From contig NW_003314379.1 of NCBI RefSeq assembly GCF_000143415.4, positions 406,018 through 470,017 on the forward strand: a stretch of DNA of 64,000 nucleotides. Direction: 5' to 3'. Positions within the stretch are counted from its first letter, which is position 1. Each line of letters opens with the position of its first letter. The stretch comes from Selaginella moellendorffii (Eukaryota > Plantae > Lycopodiophyta). The notes beneath the pieces are model-generated. The model saw nothing but the letters and a program-made list of their open reading frames with translations, was not told the origin of the DNA and made no database searches. Both the position numbers and the translations under genes were made by a program. This document shows, one piece after another, positions 48,810 to 60,280 of this stretch.

Positions 48810-51800
48810 ATGCCGCCAAGGGTGAGTTTCGATTTGATTGCTTCCACTTCCATTTTTTGAGTCCATTGCTTCCATTCCATTTCTTCCCTTTTTTTTTCTT
48901 GATTGCTTCTTTGCTGGCCGAGGTCGAGCTCGGGCGGGCCATCTCGGGGAGTTTTGCTTGCCAAGGGGCTGAGGTTATTCAAATAACCTCGGCCCCTCGG
49001 CGAGCAAAACTGCCCGAGGTCGAGCTCGGGCAGGCCACNNNNNNNNNNNNNNNNNNNNNNNNNNNNNNNNNNNNNNNNNNNNNNNNNNNNNNNNNNNNNN
49101 NNNNNNNNNNNNNNNNNNNNNNNNNNNNNNNNNNNNNNNNNNNNCAAAGTGCCCGAGGTGGAGTCTAGGCCCACTTGATTTTTTTTTTCTCTTTGACTGT
49201 TTGAATTTCTCATTATCTTTATTTAGTTTGACTAACAAAACTTTTTCTCTTGCAGAAAAGGAAAATTGTAACACAGAAAAAGGTTGTTGGAGCCAAGAAG
49301 ACACGAGAAGTTCAATTTGGCACTGACGACGACATCACAATCGACATGTCCATTGGCACAACAGAGACACATTTAAATAGAGATTCACCACCTCCACCAC
49401 CATCACCTCCACCATCACCACCTCTACCACCGCCATCGCCACCTCCACCACCTCCATCACCACCTCCACCACCTCCATCGCCACCGCCACCACCACCATT
49501 GCCACCACCACTACCACTATTGCCTCTGCCCCCACCGCCACCGCCACCACCACCATTGCCACCACCACTGCCACTATTGCCTTTGCCCCCGCCACCACCG
49601 CCACCACCACCAACGCAAATCCCTGAAGTTGGGCAATCTAGTGGTGTTCACGATAGGGAACCTGAGGAACAACCTGGAGCTGAAAGAGTTGCAGACCTTC
49701 CTGACAACGTGGTGGACAAGCGCTTCCAAGAGACTGTTATGCGGACAAGGGAAAAAGCAGTTCACCAAACACTTGAGGCGCTCAAGTGGCCAGGCCCTTG
49801 TGACTTGATCAGAGAAATCCCCCTTTGCCGTTTGCAGCAGACGAACCTTGTCCGCACAGCATCCAAGTATGTCAACCCGGATATATACAGCTTGTTCAAA
49901 CAGAATGGCCTTGCAACAAATATCGGTATGTTTTTAGTCTCTTTTTGCAAGCCAGGAACAATGGAGATCATTACTGTCACACCCGAGATTGTGAATAGCT
50001 GGGATCCTATTTGGAGGAGGAAGTCCCTAGAATTTGATGACATGCTTATCAGACATCCTGAGACTCGACAACTTGCGGGGACAATGTTCCAAATTATTGA
50101 CGGTAACCACCGATATGGAGCTTGGATGAAGTGTATCGACGATCATTTTTGCGATGATCCTGTCTACCATATCAACGTTCCAGTCGGCCATGTTTACGCG
50201 AGGGGACCTTTGGATGTCAACAGACTTATCTTGGCTTGCCAAAAGATAAATGCGTAAGTTTTATAATTTTACCTCTAACTCCACTTTAACTTGTTTTGTT
50301 GTGTTTAAATGTAGGCTTGGGCAGTTCGCTGTTCAAAAACAAAATCTTGTCCATGACATCGAGCAACTTCGCTTTTTGGCAGACTTGAGTGAGGATGACA
50401 TCCGCCAACATTATGGTGATGATCTCGCAACACTTGTTCGGCACTCACGCACTCGAAATGACGGTACAACTTGGTTCAACAACCCAATCAGTTTTATGCT
50501 CGCTGTGTGGTGTAAGGTATGTCTTTCCCTTTTATTTTATAAAAGCCTCTTTTAATTTTTTGGGTTTTTAGCCTTTGGTGAAGGTCAAGCAGGATGCTTA
50601 CGAACTTGCATATCCGGAGAAGAGTCGGGAAGAGCTCTCAGCTGAGTTTGTACAAATTGAGCACAAAATTCAGCATGCAAAGTCCTCAAAGTTGAAGAAA
50701 CTAGTATGCATTGCAGACAATCGCAGGCCGAAGGAGTGGCTAGAGACTATAGCCGAAATTTCTTCTCATGAATGTAAGTTTTTTATCACACTTCATTTTT
50801 CTTAATTATGCATATGTTACTTTTGCAGTGAACAAAACTCCAGATGACATGATTTACAATATCGCAAAATCGAAGCTTCCATATAAGCAACAGATAGAGA
50901 CTCTGGAGTTCCTCAATGTCTGCTTGATGAACAGAGAGAAAGGACTGCCAGAACTATTTGAGAACATGATGAGAAGGGCTGTCTACATCACGCAAACTAT
51001 AAGTGAAGGTGAGAAGTTCTTGGCACTACACATTGGTGACGATCCAGATGGCACATTCATGTCTTTCGACACCTACATCAACACGTCATTGGAAGGGATC
51101 GAAGAGGGGTGGCTGCCAGAGAAGTCTACAAGCACAACAACTTATGATTGCCAACATGGTCAACCTTATTTCATGCGACGTGCAGCTTATAGGTATAATA
51201 TGATTTCTAAGACTGTTTTTTAATATATATTGTTTACAGGTATCTTCGATATAGAGGCATGCCATTTGAGGCACCAGTTTGCACTCGACTTGTTGCAAAG
51301 GGTGTAAGAGATGGAGGAATGTATCCAACAATGTTTGCGAGAGTTCCAAAGGCACGGAAGATAGAATGCCCTTGGGAGTTGGAGCTCCTAGGGAAGGAGA
51401 CCTCTACACTAGATCGCGAGGAAATTATCAATGCTAGCAACGATGGCAATGCAAGTGACGATGGAGACGAGGATGAGGAAGCTCCAGATCAAGTTCATGT
51501 TCCACCACCAGACAGTCAGGAACAGGCTCCAATTCAACCATCAAACAACCAAGATCCGGATCAGGTTTTACCAGTAAATAACGATGATCAAGTGGTTCAC
51601 AGAATATCACGTCGACCTCGAGGTAAGCAAAAGTGAATTTTACAAACTAAAGGTGGTAATACATGTTTTTTGCAGCAATGACTGTTGGTAGTAATTTCAT
51701 TCCAGCTCGACGAGATGCTCGTGAAGAGGAGTTGGAGGAACTCTCATCAACAACACGCCATATGACGGTATCATACTATTTATTACTTTTTTCATTCACT

Positions 51801-52886
51801 TAGCTCTTTTATAGGTCCGTCCTGTGTCCCCAATAACACAACGAGGCATTGTGGGTATCTTCATTGGCTCTTACAGTAGATTATTGACATCTTTCACGGA
51901 AGACGACATCAACATGGATATACGTCGCCAGTTCAACCGTTGGTGCCGAAAGATACAAAGGCCCGTGCTCCCAGTTGCGGACTTCATTCTCTTCGACTTT
52001 CCAGATGGTCTTTCAGATATCGATGGGAAAGTTGAGGATTGGAACTTTCTCACACCTGACCACTTGCGCGATGCATTCCTATTGTCCGAAGTACTTATGC
52101 TCGAAGCTGGCCATGTCGTCTTCATCCTACCGAACGACCCCAACTGGATGTATGAGCTTATGACGTGCGCAGCAGAAGTTCATTTCAAGTCATTCTCTTC
52201 TGGGTGCATTATGGATCCTATTGGCGTTGATACGAGGGGCGTCCAAGGGAAGCCTGAAAAGGTGAGTATGTATTTTATATTTTTATCTAATTTCTAAACA
52301 TTTTTATTTTCCAGGTTATGATGTGGACCTATCATGCCTTCTGCAGAAACACACATGATGGGTTTCGTGATAGCGAACATGCAGCACGTGTTTTGCCTGG
52401 GTACGACAGTTCCAATAACATCATACCCAACCTTGTGGATGAGCAGATCCGCAACACGTTTCCAGGGTACCGATTCCGAACTCCATCAGCAATGCAAGTC
52501 TTGCTTGAGCTCTATTGCCCACCAGATGGTATTGTGATTGATTGCACAGCAGGTAGCGGTTCTATGGTGGAGGCAGCACGTGACTCTGGTAGGTCGGTGT
52601 TTGCTATTGAAGAACATCATTTCTTCAAACGCCGGCTCAGAGGATTTCGTGAGTTGCCTTCAACCTCAAGGAGGTAAATTATGTTTATTAAAATTTCAAT
52701 ATATATTTCATTCTATTTTATAGATCACAGTCACCTGGAGTTTCTAGAATTGGAGGCTTTCGAAGTCTCCCTGACTATGCAGAAGCCATGGCTCAACATA
52801 TGCAAGGTGAATCTTCCCCACAATACCACTATAGGAGGAAGTATAAAAGAAATCATTATGTTGATGATGAGGCAGAAGAAAGTTAA
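48810..52886 (+). CDS. ParB/Srx-like + beta-class N4/N6 DNA-methyltransferase-fold fusion protein, ~1073 aa, 10 exons, apparently intact
   Basis: Phase-consistent exons 48810-48821, 49256-50253, 50315-50516, 50572-50773, 50829-51192, 51240-51622, 51676-51767, 51815-52261, 52315-52673, 52724-52886 (3222 nt). NLS-like MPPRKRK; poly-Pro; FQIIDGNHRYGAW; VADFILFDFPDG; LLELYCPPDGIVIDCTAGSGSMVEAARDSGRSVFAIE. Confidence 0.82.
48915..49170. repeat. Palindrome cluster in intron 1 (element B), spanning an assembly gap
   Basis: GGGGCTGAGGTTATTCAAATAACCTCGGCCCC at 48965; CCGAGGTCGAGCTCGG; N-run ~49039-49144. Confidence 0.85.
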
Positions 52887-53195
52887 TTGCATCCTTACAT
52901 AAAATGGAAAGCTTGTTATATGTTAGATGTCAGTGAAAGTGTCAGATGTCAGTAAAATTGTCAAATGTCAATGTCAGTGTCAGATACCATAATTATAGAT
53001 TATCATTCTCACCTGTCACCATCACTTTGTAGCGTTTGTGTGTTGCCATCTCCTCCTTCAACATTTTGTAAACAATTGTATGTGATATGATAGCACCTTC
53101 TAGAACAAGGTATGTTACCTACAACTAATATCATTTTATTATATTTTTTATTTTAATAGTGACAATACTATAGTATAGTAAAGTAATTCTAGATC

Positions 53196-53777
53196 TTACA
53201 TTCCACTATAGGGTGGCCTAAAAACCCCATATTTTGCACTAGCCAATGTAGTGTTTCCCAAGGGGATGTTGTTCCTCACCATAAAGCGATAGTGGGTATG
53301 TGTCTGTAACTTATTCTTGAATCTATTGTACATCCACATGTGCACATTTTCCAGACCTGCCGTTGGGCAATTCTTACAGTGCTCAAGAAAAGTTTGTAAA
53401 CCCATAGAGCCATTTTTCTTGTCCAAGAAAAAGTAGCATATTGGACATCGAATGTAATAGCGTTCTGTGCTTTCAAGTAGTCCTGCCATGTCAGGAGCAA
53501 GATCTTGCAAAAACATGTGGCATTGCTCTTGAAGCGCTAAAGGCAATCCCTCTCTAGTAGCAAGATCCAGAATTTCACATATAGGGAGCTCTAATTCAGC
53601 TTCACTAGAGCCCTCAGCAGAAAAAGGATTGTTATGTAGAGGTGAAGGTGGAATGTTGGTAGAACTTGGGGATGGAGGTGGAGATTGATATGAAATGCTG
53701 AGGGGCCAAGTACGATTAGCAATGGGTCTCCTTTGAGCCATTTCAATATAAACTTCTAAGGAGCTCAAGGAGAACAA
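53196..53777 (-). CDS. Cargo zinc-finger protein (element B)
   Basis: RCPICYFFLDKKNGSMGLQTFLEHCKNCPTAGLENVH. Confidence 0.62.
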   Translation of the reverse strand: MFSLSSLEVYIEMAQRRPIANRTWPLSISYQSPPPSPSSTNIPPSPLHNNPFSAEGSSEAELELPICEILDLATREGLPLALQEQCHMFLQDLAPDMAGLLESTERYYIRCPICYFFLDKKNGSMGLQTFLEHCKNCPTAGLENVHMWMYNRFKNKLQTHTHYRFMVRNNIPLGNTTLASAKYGVFRPPYSGM

Positions 53778-53830
53778 AAAACCTACAATGACTATAACTT
53801 TTCTAGATAGTTTATATACTAAGTTTTAGT

Positions 53831-53968
53831 CTTGGGAATGCGGTTTATTTATTATGACACTGACAATACTCAGATTCTTGGGAACGAGGTTTATTTATTA
53901 TGACACTGACAATACTCAGATTCTTGGGAATGAGGTTTATTTATTATGACACTGACAATACTCAGATT
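53831..53968. repeat. Three tandem copies of a 46-bp unit (single copy in element A)
   Basis: CTTGGGAAYGMGGTTTATTTATTATGACACTGACAATACTCAGATT at 53831, 53877 and 53923. Confidence 0.92.
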
Positions 53969-54446
53969 CTTTAAATGTCAGTCTTGGAAATGGGGCTTCA
54001 TAATCATAGCTTTCTTGTAAACATAAGAGCTTCTAGAATTTTAGATTATCGTGTATACACATGCTCTATCATTATGATGAATCCTACTTTGCTACACATA
54101 TATTCTTTTCTACACATGCCAAATGTCTACGGAAATAAATTGCAAGGAAATATAGACCACATTATAGTGGTAGAGCACGTTGGCACGCTACCATTCTCTC
54201 ATGTGAGATTGCCTTTTAGTCTTGGAAATGTAGATAAAGTTGATTCTTTGATGTGATATTACTTTTGAGTCTTTCGAAAGATTTTGATTTCTTTTATCAT
54301 TATTTACAAACAATTCCCAAAAACTTTTAATGAGGATTCACTGCAAAATATACCTTGGTCTTATCATATGAGAGGATTGCGATATAGGCAAGCAATAGAG
54401 TTTTTAATATGAATTAATATGTAAATTACAAATGTCATGGAAAGTT

Positions 54447-54761
54447 TTATGGAGTAGATTTCTTGGTGCTTTCCGCTGTGCTGTTCATTTCTTCATTTCT
54501 CTTGCTCTGGACTGTTGTTTCAGAAGTAACAGGAGCATTTTTATCAATCGTGATAGTGGTCTCTACATTCCCAGATGGGTAATAAGGACCAGGAGTGTAA
54601 TATGGAGATTGTGGTAATGAAACAAAATTAACATTCTCACATTCCTTTGCACTACAACTCTTACTCACAGATCTTGTATTTTCCTTGCTTCCCATCTTCT
54701 CAAGAACCCTAAAAACTCTTTTGAATGAAGGAATAGTATCTATAGCTGTAAAAGTATTCAA
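54447..54761 (-). CDS. Small SPYYTPG-motif cargo ORF (element B)
   Basis: FVSLPQSPYYTPG...NAPVTSETTVQSK...STAESTKK. Confidence 0.62.
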   Translation of the reverse strand: MNTFTAIDTIPSFKRVFRVLEKMGSKENTRSVSKSCSAKECENVNFVSLPQSPYYTPGPYYPSGNVETTITIDKNAPVTSETTVQSKRNEEMNSTAESTKKSTP

Positions 54762-55051
54762 AATATTAAGTAGTCAAATCAAATATGACAGCTGTAACAG
54801 TTGTCATAATAAAATAATATAGTTTTATAAAAGATAGGTTCTCATGAACTTTGTCTTTTTTAAACAATTCAATCTTATAGAAACTTTTAACTTAGATATT
54901 TACGTATTTTAATATTTTAAAGTTTGCTAGAACCTTCATTTATTCAATTTAGATCTCCTTTGTAATATTTCTTATTGACTATGTTGACTTGAGTTGACTT
55001 GTGTTGAATTGAGCTCAACTCATGAGCTCAACTCAACTTTGGACCATCCCC

Positions 55052-55427
55052 TGTAGCTGGCATCAGCCCACATTTGTGCATACCTGTACTGTTGAACATA
55101 CTTGACCGCAAACTTCTCACTGCTTGCCATGTCCTTGGCAAGATAAACTAGCTTACTGGGATGGATAATTTCCTCTGTTACCCCAGGATTTACACACTCG
55201 AAGAAAGGATATAGGATGCATTTCTCATTCAGGGCCACCAAACTGCAATTTAGACATTGGGCTGCACTATCTAATTGTTGGTGATACTGCTGCAGCCTGA
55301 GAATTGCCTGCTTCATGGCTGCACAAACAACAGCTCCCTGCACCACTATATGCTGATCATAAGCTTGAATGGGTGTGAGAAGGAGCGATGCTAGACCTTG
55401 CAGAGCCATAGCAGTATCAATCTGCAT
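55052..55427 (-). pseudogene. Kinase-like pseudogene, 5' part
   Basis: LVYLAKDMASSEKFAVKYVQQY resembles kinase subdomains I-II. Confidence 0.5.
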
Positions 55428-55429
55428 TA

Positions 55430-55670
55430 GTTAACCCTTTCCTTTTATATTTAAAGTTTTATAGATTATCTCTCAACATGTTTCTCTTTTATATCAAATG
55501 TAAGCTCTTAAATTTGGACTTCTTAGGAAGTCACCCAAATTAGTACTATTCAAACCCAAGAACAAACCCTAAATATCCCAAGATCTTTAATTGATTAAAA
55601 AAAGAGGTGCACTTTTATCCATAGGCCCTTTCCTTTTATATTTAAATCTTTATAAATCATCTTTTATAAT
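55430..55670 (-). mobile_element. Degenerate Cassandra LTR fragments
   Basis: TTTGGACTTCTTAGGAAGTCACCCAAATTAGTACTATTCAAACCCAAG is a mutated reverse complement of the LTR at 23371. Confidence 0.75.
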
Positions 55671-55699
55671 CCACAATAACCAAAATAGTATCATTTTTT

Positions 55700-56340
55700 T
55701 GAAAGGTTTTGGGTAAACCAATGATAAAGTCCATCTAGATGCTATCTCACTTGTTCTTATGTACATGTAGAGGATGATAGAGGCCAACAAGCTTTTGATG
55801 ATTAACTTTGATTATTTGGCAGATACATACTTCTCAACATCTAACTTTATCCTAGGCAAAAAAAAAGGCCTCTTCACCAATATATACATTCTTAGTATCC
55901 TCAGATACCTAGCACTTGGCACTCATGACACAACCAAAATCTATTTAATAAGTTTGTCAACACAAGGAACCACTATATATCCCTTCTTCACTAAAATTCC
56001 ATTTTATATCACGAATGATGCAAATTTGTCACCCTTCAAATTTGTAGAGACATCCCTCAAAAAAACCTTCACACTAGTATCATTGATAAAGGAGTTGAAG
56101 TCAATAAACTCCTTAATCTCACCCAAGAGATCACTAGATATTTTCATGAATGAGATAGAATTTATTATTCTGGATAATGCATCAACCACCTTATTATTGC
56201 CTCTATACGTGTACTGGATTGTAATAAACATTTTCTCCAAAAACTCTTGCCAATGAGTAAAGTGGCCTTGAAGGTCCTTTTGATGATTGAAATACTAGAG
56301 AGACTGATGGTTTGAATCCACATTAATTGTTATACTGATA
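55700..56340 (-). pseudogene. Decayed gypsy RNaseH/integrase fragment
   Basis: TIQYTYRGNNKVVDALSRI. Confidence 0.65.
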
Positions 56341-59259
56341 AATGTAGAATTAATATAAATAAAAAATTGTGTTGAAGATTTAGTAATTTTTAAACCTTTT
56401 CACTATTTTAGTGGAAGTCTATAGCACACGTGGTTTTTACCCTTTATTTTATGGTGATTTACCATATGATAACCACAAAGCAGAACCTAAACCCTCCATG
56501 TGCCACATGTTATATGCCATATGTCACATGCCACATGTCCAAAGGACAATGGTGTGGATCCCGAGTTTCAAGACCCCACTGAATAAAGGAACGGTGCCAA
56601 ACTCCCAAGCATGGAGTCAAGGAGTGATGGCACTCAAGCACGGAACGACTCTTGAGCATACAGCCCAAGAAGTGAAGGGACAAAAGCACAAACTTGGAAC
56701 AATCCTAAAGTATCTAGCATCCCAATGTTAGGACTGGCATGCAAAATGGAGCCAAACAGAGTTTGGCGTTATTTTAACATACCAATGGCCTAATATAAAG
56801 ATATAGGTACTTCACTAGCTAGCATGGAATGAAACTTGGGTTTAGACCCAAGTTGAACACAAAACAAGAACAGGCATGCAAGTGGAAGCTAGACTATATC
56901 TTAGGTTGATCAACCATATTTGACCTACCCACTATCCCTACTATACATTTGGAACCCCCTATAACCCCCTCCCCCTTCCCCTTGAAGAACACACACTTTG
57001 GGCTTTCACCCCAAGCCTCCATTAGTATCATGAGTTAATCTCTGGGACAAGTTTGAAACTTATTAAATATGGAATGTCCCTAAATTGCAAATTTGGACAT
57101 GGGATGAACATTATTGTGTGTCAAGACAATTTCTACATTTCGTAAATATGCTAAATGAGCAAATCTAGACACTTTTCATAAATAGCATTTGGGATTGAAA
57201 TGAGACTAACACAAAGGGCATGATAGTAAGGGTGTTTGGCAAACACGGTAAGTTATCATCCAGTGATATTAAGGGACTAATCTCAATACACGAGAGTTCT
57301 TGTCACTAGCCAGTGCAAGATATAACAAGACGGGAACTCCTTATTGGGCTAAGTATGCTTAGTTTATAGCATGTAGGAATTCTGTCCTTATACTTGTTTG
57401 GTCTAAGTACACTCAAAATGCCCAATTAACTCCACTAGCATAAGAGGCACAAGGGTCCAGCATACTGACTTTTTGCTGTCGTGGCAATAAGGAAAGAGTG
57501 TCTATAATGACTAGCCAATAAGTAACTTTCAATATCCAAAGCCATATTTGTGACACTCTCCCCCCCTTAGGGAAGATTAATGTCCTCGTTAATGCATACT
57601 TGAGTCTAGACCACCAGCAAGGAAACAACTCTAGAAAAAGTTCACAGTGATCACACTATGTGAGAAATGCACCAACTTAAATGAGTTAGAGTAACCTTTT
57701 TGTTTAACGCGGATGCACTACCAACTCAAACACCTTCCGGCCATCATTGACAAGGAAATGACCAACAGAGTTAACCACCCTTGCTACTCTAGGTGTCACT
57801 CAGCTTACAAAAGTGTGATATGCCCCTACCTGTAGGTGGCATAGAGAGAGAAGCCAGAGGCCCCAACCCTTATGAGCAAAGAAACCAAACCCGTCGGTAA
57901 TGTTTAGATAGACTACTGTAAACAGGCAGTAAGAGTTGTTTACATGGTCACGCCTTTTAAACGGAATCAGGAACATCAATAAAAAGGCGGGATATATGAC
58001 TAGTCGACAGTAGTTACCCCATGACTAAAGATTTCACCATGCACACGAAGTGCCGAAGCCAGTCTGCCTATACTAGCCCAAACTCAAAGATCAATAGATG
58101 GACAATACCAAAGTCAAAGACAATGATATCTTAAAGACTTAAATAACAGTGAATAAATCTTAGATTAGAACATAAAAGTATTCCAAGTAAGTTATCATCC
58201 GATAAACCAGTATTATAGTAGAGGAACCATCAAGATCAACATAATTGGAAAACATAGGATTTACCATTCAAAAAAATTCAATAATCTGTGTATCATCAAG
58301 GAAACTTAATGATAAAATTTAACTATCAAAGATTGTAGATAACATACTAAACAACTTACAAAAGATAACTCAAAAAACACAAAGTATCATTAACTGGCAA
58401 ACAAAATACTCGCGAATATATCACCCAAAATAACATCTAAATTTATCAGAACTAACTCGACCAACAATTAATAGAACAAAGTGAATGCCGCAAAACTAAT
58501 AAACACTTGTTCATGCCAACTATCATATTAGCTAAAGTCAATAGATTCTAATCAACAATACCAAGGAACTAGAGTTGCTAAAGCAAGAGTCAATAACATC
58601 CTATCAATGTCTCAAACCCAAAAGACCAATCCAAAGCAAACCACAAAGAACATGTGGTATTGCAAAAAACCATAAGCCATTAAAGAAGACAACTAACTAT
58701 CATAAAAAATCATTAATTATCCCATCAATAAACATATGCATAATCATCATTGAAGAAGGGATCCACCATCCTGAAGAATAACAAATCATTATATACCAAA
58801 AATAATCTAGCAAAATCTTTGACAAAAATAATCAACTATCCTAGATGACAGTTAATCATCATCAATGATTGCTAAATGCAAAAGCTAACTTCAACATCAA
58901 AGCTAATGAGCTAAAGTGCCTTTCTCAACAACTTCTAATAAATGGACCACAAGAATAAAAACTTAAGGAACCAAAAACTTGAAGAAGTTTATAGCCACAT
59001 CTTGCTTAACAATGATCATAAATTTTGCATAAACTAACTTCATGTGAGACACAAAATCCCTAGGCCCTAAAGTGGAGCCGAAAGGGTGCCATGTGGTAGT
59101 GGCCGAAGCAAAAGCCAAATGAGCGTAACACGTTTGAACTAAAAGCTCCGATTTAAAAAGGTTGAGAGCGGAAGTGGAACTCCCAATAAAGTGCTCGAGG
59201 AACAAGCACAAAGCAAGCAATGAGTGAGTCTCTAGAAAAGGGACATAAGAGGACCAAAA

Positions 59260-60280
59260 CATGACACGAGATGGACCCCAGATGGAGTCCAAGATGGACC
59301 CGAGATGGAGTCCGAGATGGACTCGAGATGGAGTCCGAAATAGACGCGAGATGGAGTCCGAGTCTAAGTTCAAGTCCGAGTCCAAGTCTGAATACTAATA
59401 CAGGCTGTTGGGTGAAAGCCCAAAGAAATCGTCCCCCGGGGGGGGGGGGGGCTATAGGGGGGTTCCAAAAGTATAATAGGGAGAGTGTGGGGGTTGGAGC
59501 CCAGTTGAGCCAGTTTGGCCAAGAAAGGCCAATTTGGCCCAAGAAGGCCATACCCAGTGTTGGGTGATAAGCTGACCACTGAGAAGTCCAAGACTAGTGA
59601 TTTGATCTCCCGGGGGAATTAGAGTTGGCTCTTGAACACTTCACCAAGCTACCCCACTTGTCGATCCATATTCACTCTAGTTTTGGACTTCCCAGTGGTC
59701 AACTTATCACCCAACATTAGGTATGGCCTTCCTGAGCCAAATTGGCCTTTCTTGGCCAAACTAGCTCCATTGGGCTCCAACCCTCACACTCTCCCTATTA
59801 TACTTTTGGCTACGGGGGGTTCCAAAAGTATAGTAGAGAGAGTGTGAGAGAGATGGAGTTCGAAATGGACCTAAGATGGAGTCTGAAATGGAATCCAAGA
59901 TGAAGTCCGAGATGGAACCGAGATTGAGACCGAGACCAAGACCGAGATTGAGACCAAGTCCGAGTCCGAGTTTAAGTCCGAGTCTGAGTCTGAATACTAA
60001 TACAGGCTTTTGGGTGAAAGCCCAAAGCGATCGTCCCCCAAAGGGCGGAGGGGGGCTACAAAGGGTTCCAAAAGTATAGTAGGGAGAGTGTGGGGGTTAG
60101 AGCTCAGTGGAGCTAGTTTGGCCAGAAAAGGCCAATTTGGCCCAAGAAGGCCATACCCAGTGTTGGGTGATGAGCTAACCACTGAGAAGTCCAAAACTAG
60201 AGTGAATATGGACCGACAAACGAGGTAGCTTGGTGAAGTGTTCAAGAGCCGGCTCTAGTTCCCCTAGGAGATCGAATGGT
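59260..60280. repeat. Repeat block with GAGATGGAGTCC 12-mers and a direct-inverted-direct triplication
   Basis: Segment CCAAAAGTATA...GGCCAATTTGGCCCAAG...GAGAAGTCCAA is forward at ~59465, inverted within ~59601-59809 and forward at ~60068. Confidence 0.8.

Larger units (their letters stand above)
43210..55051 (-). mobile_element. Element B: Mutator-like DNA transposon (~11.8 kb) with ParB-MTase cargo; better-preserved copy
   Basis: Ends GGGGCGTGGACCATACTTGAGCTCACGAG... and ...GAGCTCAACTCAACTTTGGACCATCCCC; 7-bp TSD TGTAGCT (43203-43209, 55052-55058). Confidence 0.93.

Noticed and set aside
49380-49615. Extensin or formin call from SPPPP repeats
   Set aside because: The tract is a linker within the ParB-MTase exon; no signal peptide or FH2 domain.
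53831-53968. CRISPR-like array (also considered for the 22-bp palindromes)
   Set aside because: The 46-bp units are head-to-tail without spacers; the palindromes are irregularly spaced; no cas genes; eukaryotic context.
22176-55051. Treating A+B as one giant element with ~12-kb TIRs
   Set aside because: Each copy has its own TSD and interrupts a different pseudogene.
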